NCBI GenBank assembly: GCA_035221665.1
Contig: CM069154.1
Coordinates: 19,902,001 to 19,966,000 of the forward strand
Length of the DNA: 64,000 nucleotides
Origin: Okamejei kenojei
Taxonomy: Eukaryota
Reading direction: 5' to 3'
A program made the translations under genes and the position numbers. Shown piece after piece: positions 44,402 through 57,544 of the stretch (its first letter is position 1; every line of letters begins with the position of its first letter). A model generated the notes under the pieces. It saw only the letters and a program-made list of their open reading frames with translations, was not told the origin of the DNA and ran no database searches.

Positions 44402-45410
44402 GACACACTCCATTAATGTTTCAGCGGTTCGCACACAGATGGCTGGTAAAGGCTGTTAATCGGCGGGTTAGTGGGAACATGGTGCCGGGAGCCTGCCCAC
44501 CCCCACCCCGTCCCTCCAGCCTGGGCCCAGGACAACCTACACTATGGCTGTCTCGCCTCTATTGCCCTCTGGGAACGGGCGCAGGGGAAGGCCTGATGCC
44601 AAGTGGTTATGGCTCTCCAGAAGTGGCTGTAGGCTGGCATAATGCCAGTGTGCTGTCTCACCTCCCCTCCCACTTACTCCTCAGGAGGCATTGACCAGCA
44701 AAGATGGCGTACTCTTCACCACCTCCTGCCAACCGCAAACCATTTTACTTCCCGTGCCCCATTGATCCCTAAAAGGCCTTTGTTTACTTTTAGATAGCAC
44801 ACCAAATGTTTTGGCCATCTACCCTGGCCCGGGTAAGCGGGGGACCATCCTCCCCAAGGTCCTGACCTGTCCAAATCTCTCCTCAGGGTCCACTTCCCAA
44901 AGGAGACCAGACCTGAGCCCCATGTCCACCCCCTCATTCCCTCGGTCCTTAGTTTGGCTTTGAGCCTCCCGTGGCATGACCCCCGACCCCTGTCGACCGG
45001 GCTGGTGGGGAAGGAGGGGGTAAGGGTACTGCCTGGGGATGGGGTAGAAGTGGAGAGTGGGGTGTGGTTGAACCCCACATTGTGTCTCAGAATTTGCATA
45101 GAGTTCAAGAGGTGATGGACAGGGTTGGGTGTGGGTAGTGAGGCTGTTGCCACCCTTCCCTCCCCACTGAGGAGGCAGGGCACCAGGCTTCAGGCGTACG
45201 GAAAGATCCCGGTAACACGACACAACATATCACGGTGTATGGTGGTGGGTGGGGGTTTTGCAAAAGTTACAGGTTAAATGTTACTGGGGGGTTATTTTTT
45301 TTTGTTACAAACACTATCACTGGGCGCGTATTCTCTCCCCTCCCCACTGTCTCGCGCACACGCTCTCTCACTCCCCGTTCGTTTGCTCCAGGGCCACTTC
45401 CAGCCAGGCC

Positions 45411-45475
45411 TCAGGCCTTCTTGGGTGGCAGCTTCAGTTTGATGATCTCATCCTCTGAAGGTTGCCGGAGAATGT
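45411..45475 (-). CDS. PEA15: PEA15 last coding exon
   Basis: [21 protein letters not shown]. Confidence 0.95.
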
Positions 45476-48400
45476 CTGTAGGAGGAGGGAACAGAAGAGT
45501 TTGTCGTCTCATCCCTGGTCCATGAATTGCAGAGGACACCTCGCCTCCCTCTCAATCCCTGCATTCTATCACTTCCCAATTCCTTCCCTTCCCATCTAAG
45601 CCCTGGAGAACCCTCCTCTCCCTCCCAAACACGGGCCCAATTTATTAATGTTGCTCACAAACCATGTGGCACCCTGCTCATCTCCCCCCCTCTCCCTGGG
45701 ACCTCACATCCACCCCACATATCAATGGAGATCCTCTGCCCTCCCAATGACTAGGGTCCTCTTATCCCTAATTTCCAAAAACCAAGGAGATACCTCCCAT
45801 GCACTCCAAATCTTAGGGGGCCCTCCCACACGCCAAACATAAAAGCTTCCCACACTCCAAAACACAAAAGCTTCAACCCTGCGATTGAGACTCCACACCG
45901 TCTATACCCTGGGCCTAGGGTTGAACCCTGACCGTGCAGGACAACAGATTCCAGGATGGGAGGAGGGTGTTGGTCAACTCGCAGAGATGGGACCAACCTA
46001 CTGAAAAGGGTTGGGTTTTCCTCGATCATATGTCCCCTCCACATTAGATTCTCACCTTTGTACTTGACAGCGCTGGGGATTCGGGTAAACTTGGAGTCCA
46101 CTTCTTCGTCCTCTGAGATGTTCAGCACCTTGGTCCTGTAGTCGATCACCATGGTCAGGAGGTCTGGCCGTCTGGACATCTCAAATATGTGTTCGATGTA
46201 TGAGAGGTTGTCTAACATACAAGCAGAAGCCTGTTACCAATATGTTGGTAAAGAGTGGGGGGGGGGGGGGGGGGGTGGGTGCTGAGAGATTGGGTCAACA
46301 AAGTTTTGGGAATGGTGGGGTGAGTTGAGTTCAATGGAGAACTAACGGTATTGATGAAGTACAGGGGTGGTGAAAAGTCACAGTTGTCTGGACCATGGTT
46401 GCGGATCCCAGACCTTCAATCCTACAAGGGTCTAAATATCTGCATTGGATATCCAGTTGGAGAGGATAATGGGGTGGGGGTGATTACGTTTAAACGGTGG
46501 CCTCACCCTGTCCATAAAACTTAATGCAGAGCTTACATAAAATGATTTTGTTATGAAAATTAGATCAATGAGTTATGTTTCAACTGTAATGCTAAGTAAG
46601 TGAAAACAAAAGGTTTTTCGCTATATCTTGGTACATATGAGAATAATAAACCAAAACCATTAGTTAGAGACTGGGAAAAATCTCAGGCTTCTAAGCCCAG
46701 TCATGCCCACAGGCTTGTGTGAGTTGACCATGGAGTTGTGCCAATAACCAATGGAGAAGTCAAGGAAGATGGTTGTGAGGTGGATCTGACTTGGCTGGGA
46801 ATATGGGCTTAATAGGGAGTATGATGTCAAACCTACTACAAAAATGTGGTAGCTCAATATTGCAGGTTGTACACTGTTCCAAAACAACAGGTCAGAAAGG
46901 AATGAGCTGGAATGGTGGTGTTTATCGAGGAAGGTATCACAGCAGTACTGTGGTTATGAAGGCTGTGGATAGTGATGTCAAATTAGTTTGGTTGAGATCA
47001 TGAATAGCAGGGGCAGGAAGCCATGAGTGGTAGTCTATGAGTGGGGCAAGTTTTTTAATTGTCCTTGTACATCACCCTACTTGTGGATACGATGGTGAAT
47101 TTGATTCGACTCAATAGAGACGGGCTTAAATGGAAAAATATTAGGGGCATGTTTGAAGGTGACTGAAATTATCTTGGGAGACTTTCATCTGTGTATTGAT
47201 TTAACAAACCAAAGTGGCAAGGGTATCTTAGAATAATTAGCGGAGTGCATTACGGTTTGCTTTTCAGATCGATGCAATGTGGAACTCACTTGGGAAGGGC
47301 TATTTCAGATTTGGTTTTCTGTAAGGAGGGATTAATCTTGTGGTTAAAAATCCACTCGATGGTAGTGACCACAACATATCTAAATTCAATCTGAAGATGA
47401 ACACCATGGGACTATAACCAGTGTCTTTAATTTAAATAAAGGCAATTATAATGTCATTAGGGAAGAGTTTGACTCGGGTGGACTGGGTAAACAAGCTTTG
47501 GGACAGTTCCATGGAGGAACAGCGACAGATCTTCAAGCAGCTGGTCCAAAATGTTTAGCAAAAATTTATCCCAGTCGAAAAGTGGGATTCCATGTTAACA
47601 TGGCACAACCGCAGTTAACAATGGGGGTAAAATAAAATGGAGACACAAGAAACTGCAGATGTTGGAATCTTGAGCAAAAGACAAAGTGAAGGAAAACATC
47701 AGATGGTCAAGCTGCATCTGTGGAGGGATTAGACAGATGACACATTGGGTCGGCACCCCTTTGCAGACTGATGGAGAAAAGGGGGAAAAAATGGAAAAGA
47801 GAGGTAGGGTTGGGACAAAAGCCTGGCAAGGCACCTCTTTCAAACTTGTCAATGGCATTCAGGGCTCCCAATGTGGCCATCATTAAATTGGAAAAAAACA
47901 ATCTTTTCACCAAATACTTGCGCTCTGCCCACCAAGGCCTGATGGAACTCCTGGTTGTTCACCATATTAACTCCCCTTCCCATTCCCATACTGACCTTAC
48001 TGTCCTGCATCTTGTCCATAGCCAAAATAATGCCTCGCATAAACTGGAGGCATATCCCGCTAAGGTATACAATCCAATGGTATGAACATTGAATTCTACA
48101 ATTTCAATTAATACCTCCCTTTCTTTCCCCTACTCACCCACACCTTGGTGCCCACTGATTTCTCCCTCCATCTCCCACCGCCCATTGTTTTCACTCAACA
48201 AACTGCTAACGATGGCCTGTTTCCTTTATCATTTTTACTTTTTTGCATATCTTTCATTCATTGTTCTTTATCACTCTACATCATCATCTTTTTCTCTCGT
48301 TTCCCTTATCCCTAACCAGTCTGAAGATGGGTCTCATTCTGAATTGTCACCCATTCAATTCCCCCGCTTTCCTTGTCTGCCTCCCTGGTCCACTTCCACC

Positions 48401-51400
48401 CATATCCCCCACTTTGGCGCTATAATCCACCTTGCTTATCTGATGCTCCTTCGTCTCTTTTTCAGCTTTTCCACGAAGGAGGGTTATGGCCAGAAATGTC
48501 GACTGTCCATTCCCTCCAGAGATACTGCCTAAACAGCTGGGTTCGCCCAGCACTTTGTTGTGTGCTTAGGTAAAGGATAATGTTAAATACATAACTAGTG
48601 TATGTAAGGTGCCATGGGCTGGTATTGGAAAAGAGGATTGGGAATATTTTAGTACCCAGCAGCAGGACTAAAAGAATTGTGAGGGAGAATATCAAAAACA
48701 TATATGTTGTATGTTGCAAGTGTGTGGATATATAAATAGAAAGGGTGATTAAGATAAATGCAGGGCCTCTAGAGCCAGGACTGGTGAAACAATAACAGCA
48801 AATATTGGCAGAAACGTTGAATAATGTCTTGTTATCTGTCTGCACTGCAGAGGACATTGCAAATATCTCAGATTTTGGATGGGCTAATTTTATTAATATG
48901 ACATTTGTATTAAGCTATCAGCATGAACAAAAAAGCCTGTTCCTGAGTTATATAACCATGACTATGGTATACGCTACAAATGCCCCAATAATGGGATAAA
49001 GTATTGGACAAACTCAGGTGGCTAAAGGTAGACAGCAGAACCTAGTGGGCTTCAGACTTGAGGTTTGAGAAGGTTGTTGCATAAATAATGGACCCATCAG
49101 ATAAGTTTTCATCACTTGCTAAACTCCAGATAGCTGCCAGAAGATTGGGACGCAGCCAATGTGAAAGGCAAAAGACATGGAACTACAAGCCAGTTAATTT
49201 GGTCATTAATCAATCAGGAAATAATCATTTTGGAAATTTGAATATAATGAAAACTGGCCAACATGGTTTTATAAAAGATACATATTGTATGACAAATGTA
49301 GTCCAATTATTTAATGATGTGATAGGGAGAGTTGATAGAGGAGAACCTGTACATGTGATCCATATCCCTGCATCCCTGCATATTTATGTGCCGATTTTAA
49401 AGCCTGATAATGGCCGAGACCGTATCTGCTTCTAGCATCACCTCTGCTCTTTCCAGGCGCCCACCACTATGTGTTATAAAACTGCCCTGCACATCTACTT
49501 TAAATATCCAATTGATATAATTGACAAATAAGAAATTGGTGATATTTCGGGTCAAGACCCTTCTTCAGACTAAAGAAGAGTCTCGACCCGAAACGTTGCC
49601 AATTCCTTCAATTCCTTAGATGCTGCCTCACCCGCTACGTTTCTCCAGTATTTTTTGTCTAACTTTGATCTTTCAAACATCTGCAGTTCTTTCGTTAAAA
49701 AAAAATCAAAGTGTGTCCAACTCTACTCCTATCAAGGCCCTCAAGCCTTCACATCCTTCCTGTACACAATATATCTGATGATCTGGCCCTCATCTGTCAT
49801 GGCAGAGAATTCCAGAGATTCACCACCCTCTGCAAGACAACGTATCTACACACTTCACGTCTGCAGCCCATTATCCTGTAAGTAAGAAGTTTATTGTTCT
49901 CTATTCGATACATATGACAATTAAATACTCTACACTCTTGAATGCTGTCTCCTTGCACCTGTAGAAACATCCCCACATCTACCCTAACAAGCCCCCTTAG
50001 GAGCTTATATTTTTCACAAAATAAAACCTAAACAAACCTGTGCCAAAAAACGTCATACATTCTCAGCTTCTATCCATTCATACTTGCACGTGTCTAAGCA
50101 AAATACCCTTACCACTCATGTGGTTCCATGGGGTGATATCCCTTCCCTTGTTTGAGGGGTGTCCCCACTGGATTCAGCCCCTCTATGTTCAGCAGTGGAA
50201 AGACCCTAGATTGAGGTCCTCCCCCACTGAGTCCTGGCATTGGCTGCACCAAGCTTCAGTGCATCCCTCAGCAGTCAACACATACTCCAGCCAGTCGGCA
50301 ACATTCCCTGTTGGACCTCGATGTGCTGAGAGGTCTGCAAGTTTCCTGCCGATCAAAGAGCTTCATTCACCAAGTTGATGTCCCTCTCCAAATGCGTTCC
50401 TGGGAACAGTCCGTAAATCAGAGAATCCTCTGTTACGGATCTGTTTGGGATGAACTGTGACCAGGACACTTTTGCATCATTCTCTGGACCCTTTTGCAAA
50501 TCCACACTCTGCGAATTGTTTCCTCTCTATTGGTCGTAAGACTGGCGGTACATGAAGGATCTGACTGGGAAGGCCTCTCTCGCCACCAGCCAAATGAGGC
50601 TTAGGAGCTTGTATGTTTGGAATAAGGTCACCCTAATTCTTGTAAACTCCAACGAATACAAACCCTAACTGTCCTGCCTCTCAACATAGGACAACCCTCT
50701 CATCCCAGGGGTTAGTCTGGTAAATCACATTTTTGTTGCCTCCAATATCACTATATCTTTGTTTTAGGTTAGGGGACCAACACTATGCATAATATTCAGC
50801 TGTGGCCTTACCAACACCCTGTGTAAATGCAATAACCCCCCATTTTTCTTAAACCCCAATCTCTTTGCAATGAAGGTCAAAATGCTGTTTATCTTAAATA
50901 CCTTTAGAATCTTATCGAGGTGTATAGAATCATGAGGGGGATAGATAAGGTGAATGCACAGGATCGTTTAACCAGGGTAGGGGAATCAAGAACCAGAGAT
51001 CACATGTTTCTGGTGAGAGACAAAAGATTGAATAGGAACCTGAGAGGAAAAATGTTTCACGCAGAGGTTGGTGGATATATGTAATGAGCTGCAAAAGGAG
51101 GTAGTTGAGGCAAGTACTATGACAGTATTTAAAAAAACACTTGGATAGGTACATGGATAGGAAAGTTTCAGGGGGATATGGGCCAAATGGGACTCGTTTA
51201 GATGGGGCATCTTGGCAGGCATGGATGAGTTGGGCTGAAGGGCCTGTTTCTGTGCTGTCTGACTCTGCTTGTTGAACTTGCCTGCAAATGTTTTGTGATT
51301 CATGCACAAGAGCACTTACACTCCTATGAACTTTACTCACTTGCTGTCTCCATTTAGACAATAATGCACCTTTTGTTTCCTCTTACCAAAGTGCGCAATT

Positions 51401-54199
51401 ACACTTCCCCCCCATTAAAGCACATTTGCCAGGATTTCACCCAATCACCGAATCAAAATCCCACAGAGGAATAACAACATCCTCAGTAACAACTTGGCCT
51501 TCCGCATACTTTTGTATCATGAGCAAATTAGGAAAGCTTACTTCCTCTCGGTCATTGTTGTAAACTGGAGAACAATTGTGAACTGATCCCTGCGGTATTC
51601 CACCAGTTAACTCCTTCCAGCCTGAAAAGGACTCATTTATCCCAATCTTCACTATAAATGACAGCCAGTTTTTAATCCATTTACTTCTAGTTTAGTTTAG
51701 TTTAGAGATACAGAGCAGTAACAGGCCCTTCGGCCCACAGAGTTCAAGTTGATCAGCGATTCCCGCACGCTTACACTATCCTGCACATACTAGGGACAAT
51801 TTTTAATTATAACCGGCCAATTAACCTACAAACCTGTACCTCTTTGGAGTGCCGGAGGAAACCGGAGATCCCGGAGAAAACCTACGCAGGTCATGGGGAG
51901 AACGTACAAACTCTATATAGACAAGCACCCGTAGTTGGGATTGATCCTGGGTCTCTGACGTTGTAAAGGGCCCATCCCACTTGGGCGCCATTTGCACGTC
52001 ACGCAGGTGGTACATGAAGATTTTGTGAATCCCAAAATCCTGGGGCGTCGCGCGCGCCCGCGCGTCTCTGCCTACGCCACCACGCACCATGTGCGCGTAA
52101 TGCACGGCATGCGTGCATCACGTGCGCATCATGACATGTAAATTATGTCACATAATTGACGTGCAAATGATGCCCAAGTGGGACAGGCCCTTTAGGCAGC
52201 AACTCTACTGCTACTTGCCACCATGCCGCCCCACTCCAGCACACTTCCTCCCACACCATGGGCTTTTAATTTATGCACCATCCTTCGTTGTGGCATCTCC
52301 CCAACTGCCTTTTTGAAAACTAAATATGCATCATCTACATATAGAGCAAGCAGGGAAAGAATTCAAACAGGGAATTGGAAGAGCCAGAAGGTACCATGAA
52401 ATATAATTAGCAACTTGGATTAAGGAAATTCCCAAGACTTTTATAGAAACATAGAAACATAGAAACATAGAAATTAGGTGCAGGAGTAGGCCATTCAGCC
52501 CTTCGAGCCTGCACCGCCATTCAATATGATCATGGCTGATCATCCAACTCAGTATCCCGTACCTGCCTTCTCTCCATACCCTCTGATCCCCTTAGCCACA
52601 AGGGCCACATCCAACTCACTCTTAAATATAGCCAATGAACTGGCCTCAACTACCCTCTGTGGCAGAGAGTTCCAGAGACTCACCACTCTCTATGTGAAAA
52701 AAGTCTTTCTCATCTCGGTCTTAAAGGATTTCCCCCTTATCCTTAAGCTGTGACCCCTTGTCCTGGACTTCCCCAACATCGGGAACAATCTTCCTGCATC
52801 TAGCCTGTCCAACCCCTTAAGACCTTTATACATGCATTATAAACAAAAGGGAAACTACAGAAACGGTAGGATCACTCAAGTATAAGGGAGGGAATTCATT
52901 TTTGGAGACAGAGGATGGTGAGGTACGAAATTAGTACTTTTCATCTGTAATCACAAAGGAGGTAATGGGGAGATAGTGAGATCAATGTGGGATATACCAA
53001 TATACAGTGCATTTTCAGTTCAAGAAGGAAGTGGTGTTGAGACTCTTCGGAATTAAGGAGGTTAGATCTTCATGGGCTAATGGAATCCATCTCATGTTAC
53101 TGAGAGATGCAAGAGAGGAACCTTGATGAAGGCAGAGATATGGTAGACAGGCAGTACCTTTTTTCCCCAAGGGTGGAAATGTCAAATATTAGCATTAAGC
53201 TCAGAGACCGAAAAATGAAAGGAGATGTGTGAGTCAAATTTTTTTTTACACATAATTGGTGGGTGCCTGGAACATACTGCCAGGTGAGGGAGCAGAAGCA
53301 GATACCGTATTGGCATTTAACAGACTTTTCAATAAGCACACGGATGTGAATGGAATGGAGAAATATGGATTATGAGGAGATTATATTTAATTTGGCATTA
53401 GGTCCAGCAGCGACATTGTGAGCTGCTAGGCTAGTTTCAGTGTTGCTCAGTTCTATGTTCCATATTTAAAATGGAGGTGGATAAATATTTGAGGAGCAGA
53501 GGGGAATGGGGAACAGGTACAGAGTTGAGGCCAACATACATCAGCCATGGTCACGTTGAATGGCAAGGCAGAAACAAGGAACTACAGATGCTGGTTTGCC
53601 ATGGAAAGACAAATTGCTGGAAGGGTCTTGATTGGAAACGTCACGTATCCATGTTCTCCAGGGATGCTGCCTGACCCACTGTGGTACTCCACAATTAGTG
53701 TCTTTTAATGGCAAGACTGTCTGTGGACCGATTGGTCTAACAGACTGGAGGAACTGGGGGTTGGGAAGATGTTGAGGTACAAGGGATAGCATGGCATCAG
53801 TGAGAGGTGGGGAGGAGGCTCCACTGGGGAAATAAAAGGTCCAGGACGGGATCACAGGCCTTGCCGCCTGGTTTAGCCAATGTACCATGTTGGTCGGTCT
53901 GGCAGAAGGGCTTTGTGCAAGGATTTGATGTGGGGAGGTGTGGAGGTTAATGGGGAAGGGGTGACATTGGTGAGGTATAGGGGAGCAGGACAGGTCTGGG
54001 CAGGGCTCCTACCTTTGGAGAGCTTGTCGTGTTTCTCGAGGAAGCTGAACCACTCATTGCAGCCGGTCAGCTCCTCATTCTTGTCGCTCGGGATGTCTTC
54101 CTTGCAGGCCAGCTTCAGCTGGGCCAGATCCTCCGACGTGATGTTGGCCGACATCTCCTCCAGCAGTGTGGCAAACTGTCCCGGGATGGTGTCAGTCAT
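45411..54199 (-). CDS. PEA15: Astrocytic phosphoprotein PEA-15 (death effector domain protein), 135 aa, 3 coding exons
   Basis: Exons 54013-54199, 46056-46211 and 45411-45475 (408 nt). DED with RRPDLL; C-terminal tail [30 protein letters not shown]. Confidence 0.97.
46056..46211 (-). CDS. PEA15: PEA15 second coding exon
   Basis: [52 protein letters not shown]. Confidence 0.95.
46790..49350 (+). mobile_element. Old CR1 ORF2 (endonuclease to RT) interrupted by Penelope-derived inserts at ~47630-48565
   Basis: GDF- and SDHN-like endonuclease remnants; [19 protein letters not shown]. Confidence 0.6.
50590..51680. mobile_element. Nested CR1 fragments (plus copy 50905-51260 inside a minus copy)
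   Basis: Minus [20 protein letters not shown]; plus 3' end gggctgaagggcctgtttctgtgctgt. Confidence 0.7.
51967..52191. mobile_element. Complete Harbinger/PIF-like MITE inserted in a minus-strand SINE
   Basis: ~35-bp TIRs agggcccatcccacttgggcgccatttgcacgtca / tgacgtgcaaatgatgcccaagtgggacaggccct; TAA/TTA flanks. Confidence 0.85.
52442..52818 (-). mobile_element. CR1 3' end inserted into an older plus-strand CR1
   Basis: (atagaaac)n tail; aagacttt direct repeat at both ends. Confidence 0.85.
54013..54199 (-). CDS. PEA15: PEA15 first coding exon
   Basis: tacag|accATG; [62 protein letters not shown]. Confidence 0.95.
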
Positions 54200-56470
54200 G
54201 GTCTGTAAATGGAGTGTAAGGAGGAGGGAGGGTAGAGAGAGCATTAGAGAGGCAGGGAGAGAGAAGGGAGACCTGGGGAGTCGGACGATGGAGAGGGTAG
54301 ACCAGTTTTGGGGTAGCAGACTGGGGAGGGAAAGAGAAAGAGGGGAAGACTCGGGGAGGGTAGACCTGAGGTGGGAGGGGAGGCGAGGGGGGTGAGTCTG
54401 GGGCGGAGGCAAAGAAGGAAATTTTAGACAAGGATAGAATAGGGGGGAGGAGTTAGAGAGATGGATTGGGTTAAAGGAGGGTCTAGAAAGGCAGTAGGAT
54501 GTGAGGAATGTTATGGATGAAGGAGAGAAACGGAGAGGGATGAAAGCGAGATAGGAGGTAGGTGTAGTTTAGAGAGGGGGAGAGTGGGGAAGTGGTTTCA
54601 GTTGCATAAGGAGGATTGGAGAAATATGTGAGTGGGGTGAATGAGCAGGTTGAAGAGTTGGGCAAGGTGGGCAAGGAGGTTGGGTAGAATTGAGTGTGTG
54701 GTGGGGAGAGATGTGGAGAAGAAGAGACGGTGAAGAGTGGAGAACAAGGCAGGAGATTGGAGGGTATGTACTAGACATTGAGAGAGTGGAGGGGGTGATG
54801 CGTGCGGAGAAGTGGACTGACTGACAGATTAAGAGGAAACAAAGTAGAACTACTCCATCTAACCTCCAACCACCCTTCTCCTCACCCTCCACTACCATTC
54901 AACGTTCTTCCCCCTCTATTCCCCTCATCCAACTAATCGCATTCCCCCCATTATCCCCCACCCTCCGCTCTCACCTCCATTCCCGTTCAACATACTTCCC
55001 CCTCCATTCCCCATCTCCTCCAAATGATCCCACTCCTACCTCATTGCTCCATGCCTATTCCCTCCTCCTCCCACACCCCTCTCCTCCTCCTTTCTCCCCA
55101 ATTCATCCCCCACCCACCCTTCCCTTCCTCCATCAATGGCTGTAATAGGACTGTTCCCACAGGAACCACAGACCATTCCTCCTCTCTCCGCCCCCAGCAC
55201 GCTCCACCCAGACGAGATGATCCCATCACTCCCCCTCCCCCACAATACCAACCAATGATTCCTCATCCAGCCTGCTGTTGCCCTGACAACAAGGCTTTCC
55301 TGCGGTGCTTGGGGACAGGTTGCTATGGTAACCATTTGGAGTCAGCCGATCTGGCCCACTGTATTCCAAGCCCTAGCGCCTGACTGAATTTCCTGAAAAA
55401 AAGTGATAGGAAAGACTGGATGTGTGGGTGGGAGGAGGGGGAAGCTGGAAAGCCAACCCATGAGAGGTACGGGACAGTGGCAGAATGGATTTCAGAATGT
55501 AACCAAGCAAGGAGAGTATAGGGACTGGTTCCAGAGAGGTTTGGGGCCCTATTTTAGAGAGGGGAGAGGCATGGGGCCGGGTCCCAGAGAGAGAGGCGAT
55601 GCCCAGGGCCCTGTAACAGACACAGGGTAACCATGCAGGGAAAATATAGGGACTGGCTGCAGAGAAGTAGCAGGTCTGGGGCTTCAGGCCCGATCCCAGA
55701 GAGAGAGAGAGAGAGAGAGAGGGACAGGCCCAGAGAGAGGTGGCAAGGCCAGAGAGTGGGGAAGTCTGGTCCCAGAGTGAGAGGGGAAGAGGCTAGGAGC
55801 CATGTTCCAGGAAATGGCCTGGGCCCAGACCAAAGGGAGAGGCCTGGATTCTGGCCCCAATGTCGGTGGTGGCTGTGAGTGTGGAGGAGGGATGTGTTCA
55901 CCAAAGGGAGAGGTTGAAGCCAGCCTGAGGTCCATAATGAAAGTAATCCTTGCATTGGGAAGGATAAAGATTCCTCTCGCCACTCTGTTCACAGCCAGAA
56001 TGGGTTAACCAGACTGGCCCCTGGTGGAGCCTGCAGCAGATTCGCAGAGCTGGTTCACATTCCGAGCGTGTCCTGTCCCACAGCAAAACACCACTTACAT
56101 TCAACTACGCTTGAATGAAGCCTCTTGAACAGGCAAGCTTGACTGACAGCAGCACACAGAGCAGTTCCAGCCTGTGACTTACTCCTGGCGATGTGTTATT
56201 CTTTGTACCAACCTCTGAACTCCTCCATTAATTTCCAAATCCTAACTCCCCAGGATTGGTAAATCTATTTGTTTAAACCTCTCAACCTCTCAATTAGATT
56301 TATGCCTGTGACAGGTTCATGGGGGTCTTTTATTCTCTGCATAAACAGCCAGATCAGATCACAGCCTGTAATTCACTTCCAGGGATCTGTTATTCCTCTG
56401 TATCAACCCCTTAATCCGTACATTAGAACCCAGCCAGTAAACTCACTCCCAGGTACCTTTTATTTTATAT

Positions 56471-56522
<52 letters not shown>

Positions 56523-56539
56523 ACACACACACACCCTCC

Positions 56540-56910
56540 AAGCCAGGGATCCGGGTTCGATCCTGACTACAGGTGTCGTCTGGACGGAATTTGTACGTTC
56601 TCTCTGTGACCTTGGTGGGCTTTCTCCGGCTGCCCTGGTTTCCTCCTACATTTCAAAGAAGTACAGGTTTGCGGCTTAATTGGCTTAAAAGGCAGGAACG
56701 GGGTACTGATTGGGGGTGATCACATTGAATGACGGTGCTGGCTCGAAGGGCCGAATGGCCTACTCCTGCACCTATTGTCTATTGTCTATTGAGTGGCTTA
56801 TGTAAAATTGTAAATTGTCCCTCGCGTGTAGGATGGTGCTCGTGTCTGGGGTGTTCACTGACTCGGTGGGCCAAAGGGCCGTTTCCGCGCTGTAACTCTA
56901 GTCTAAAGCC
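56540..56910 (+). mobile_element. tRNA-derived SINE with an internal CR1 3'-end insert
   Basis: Box B GGTTCGATCC; CR1 tail 56690-56790 splits the SINE body. Confidence 0.7.
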
Positions 56911-57544
56911 TACACAGAGGGCTTGGCCTAATGGAGTCACAGAGAATCCTGCGCCAATTGAGTCACAGAGAGACACAGCATGGAAACAGCCCTTTCAGTC
57001 TAGACTAGAGTCTAAAGATCCCATCTGTAACTCTCCCAGATCTCTGAATAACAGATCCTATATAAACCCTCGAAAGTCTCGAACAGATCGTAGCCTGTGA
57101 CACACTCCCATGGATCCGTCGGAATGACTCCCAGGCCCGATTCGCACCCACTCCCTGCCTCCCCCCCCACCACCATGCAACGTTGCAGCCTGTGACTTGG
57201 CCGGGCTTTGCCAGCTGGTGCAGTGATTTCCGGCTGGATATCAGCCGTTTTACCCATTGGATGTCGGAGAGCTGGCTGCAAATGAGATAATCCTGTGGCC
57301 ATTGTTCGGATTGTTTGGATCACGTCGGGCGGGAAGGATGGGGGTTGGGCGTGGGATGGTGAAAGGCGGAGGAGGGGGAGGAGAGGGAAGTGGTGCGTTG
57401 GAAGAGCAGTCGCAGGTCCCGTGGTTGGCGAGGAGACCAAGAGTTCCTGCTGAGACCACAGACAATGAGATCATTCAGCAGATCCGGGCCTGAGTCAGTG
57501 ACAGGCTCGGCAAACCGATCCATCCCAGTCAACTCACTCACTGC

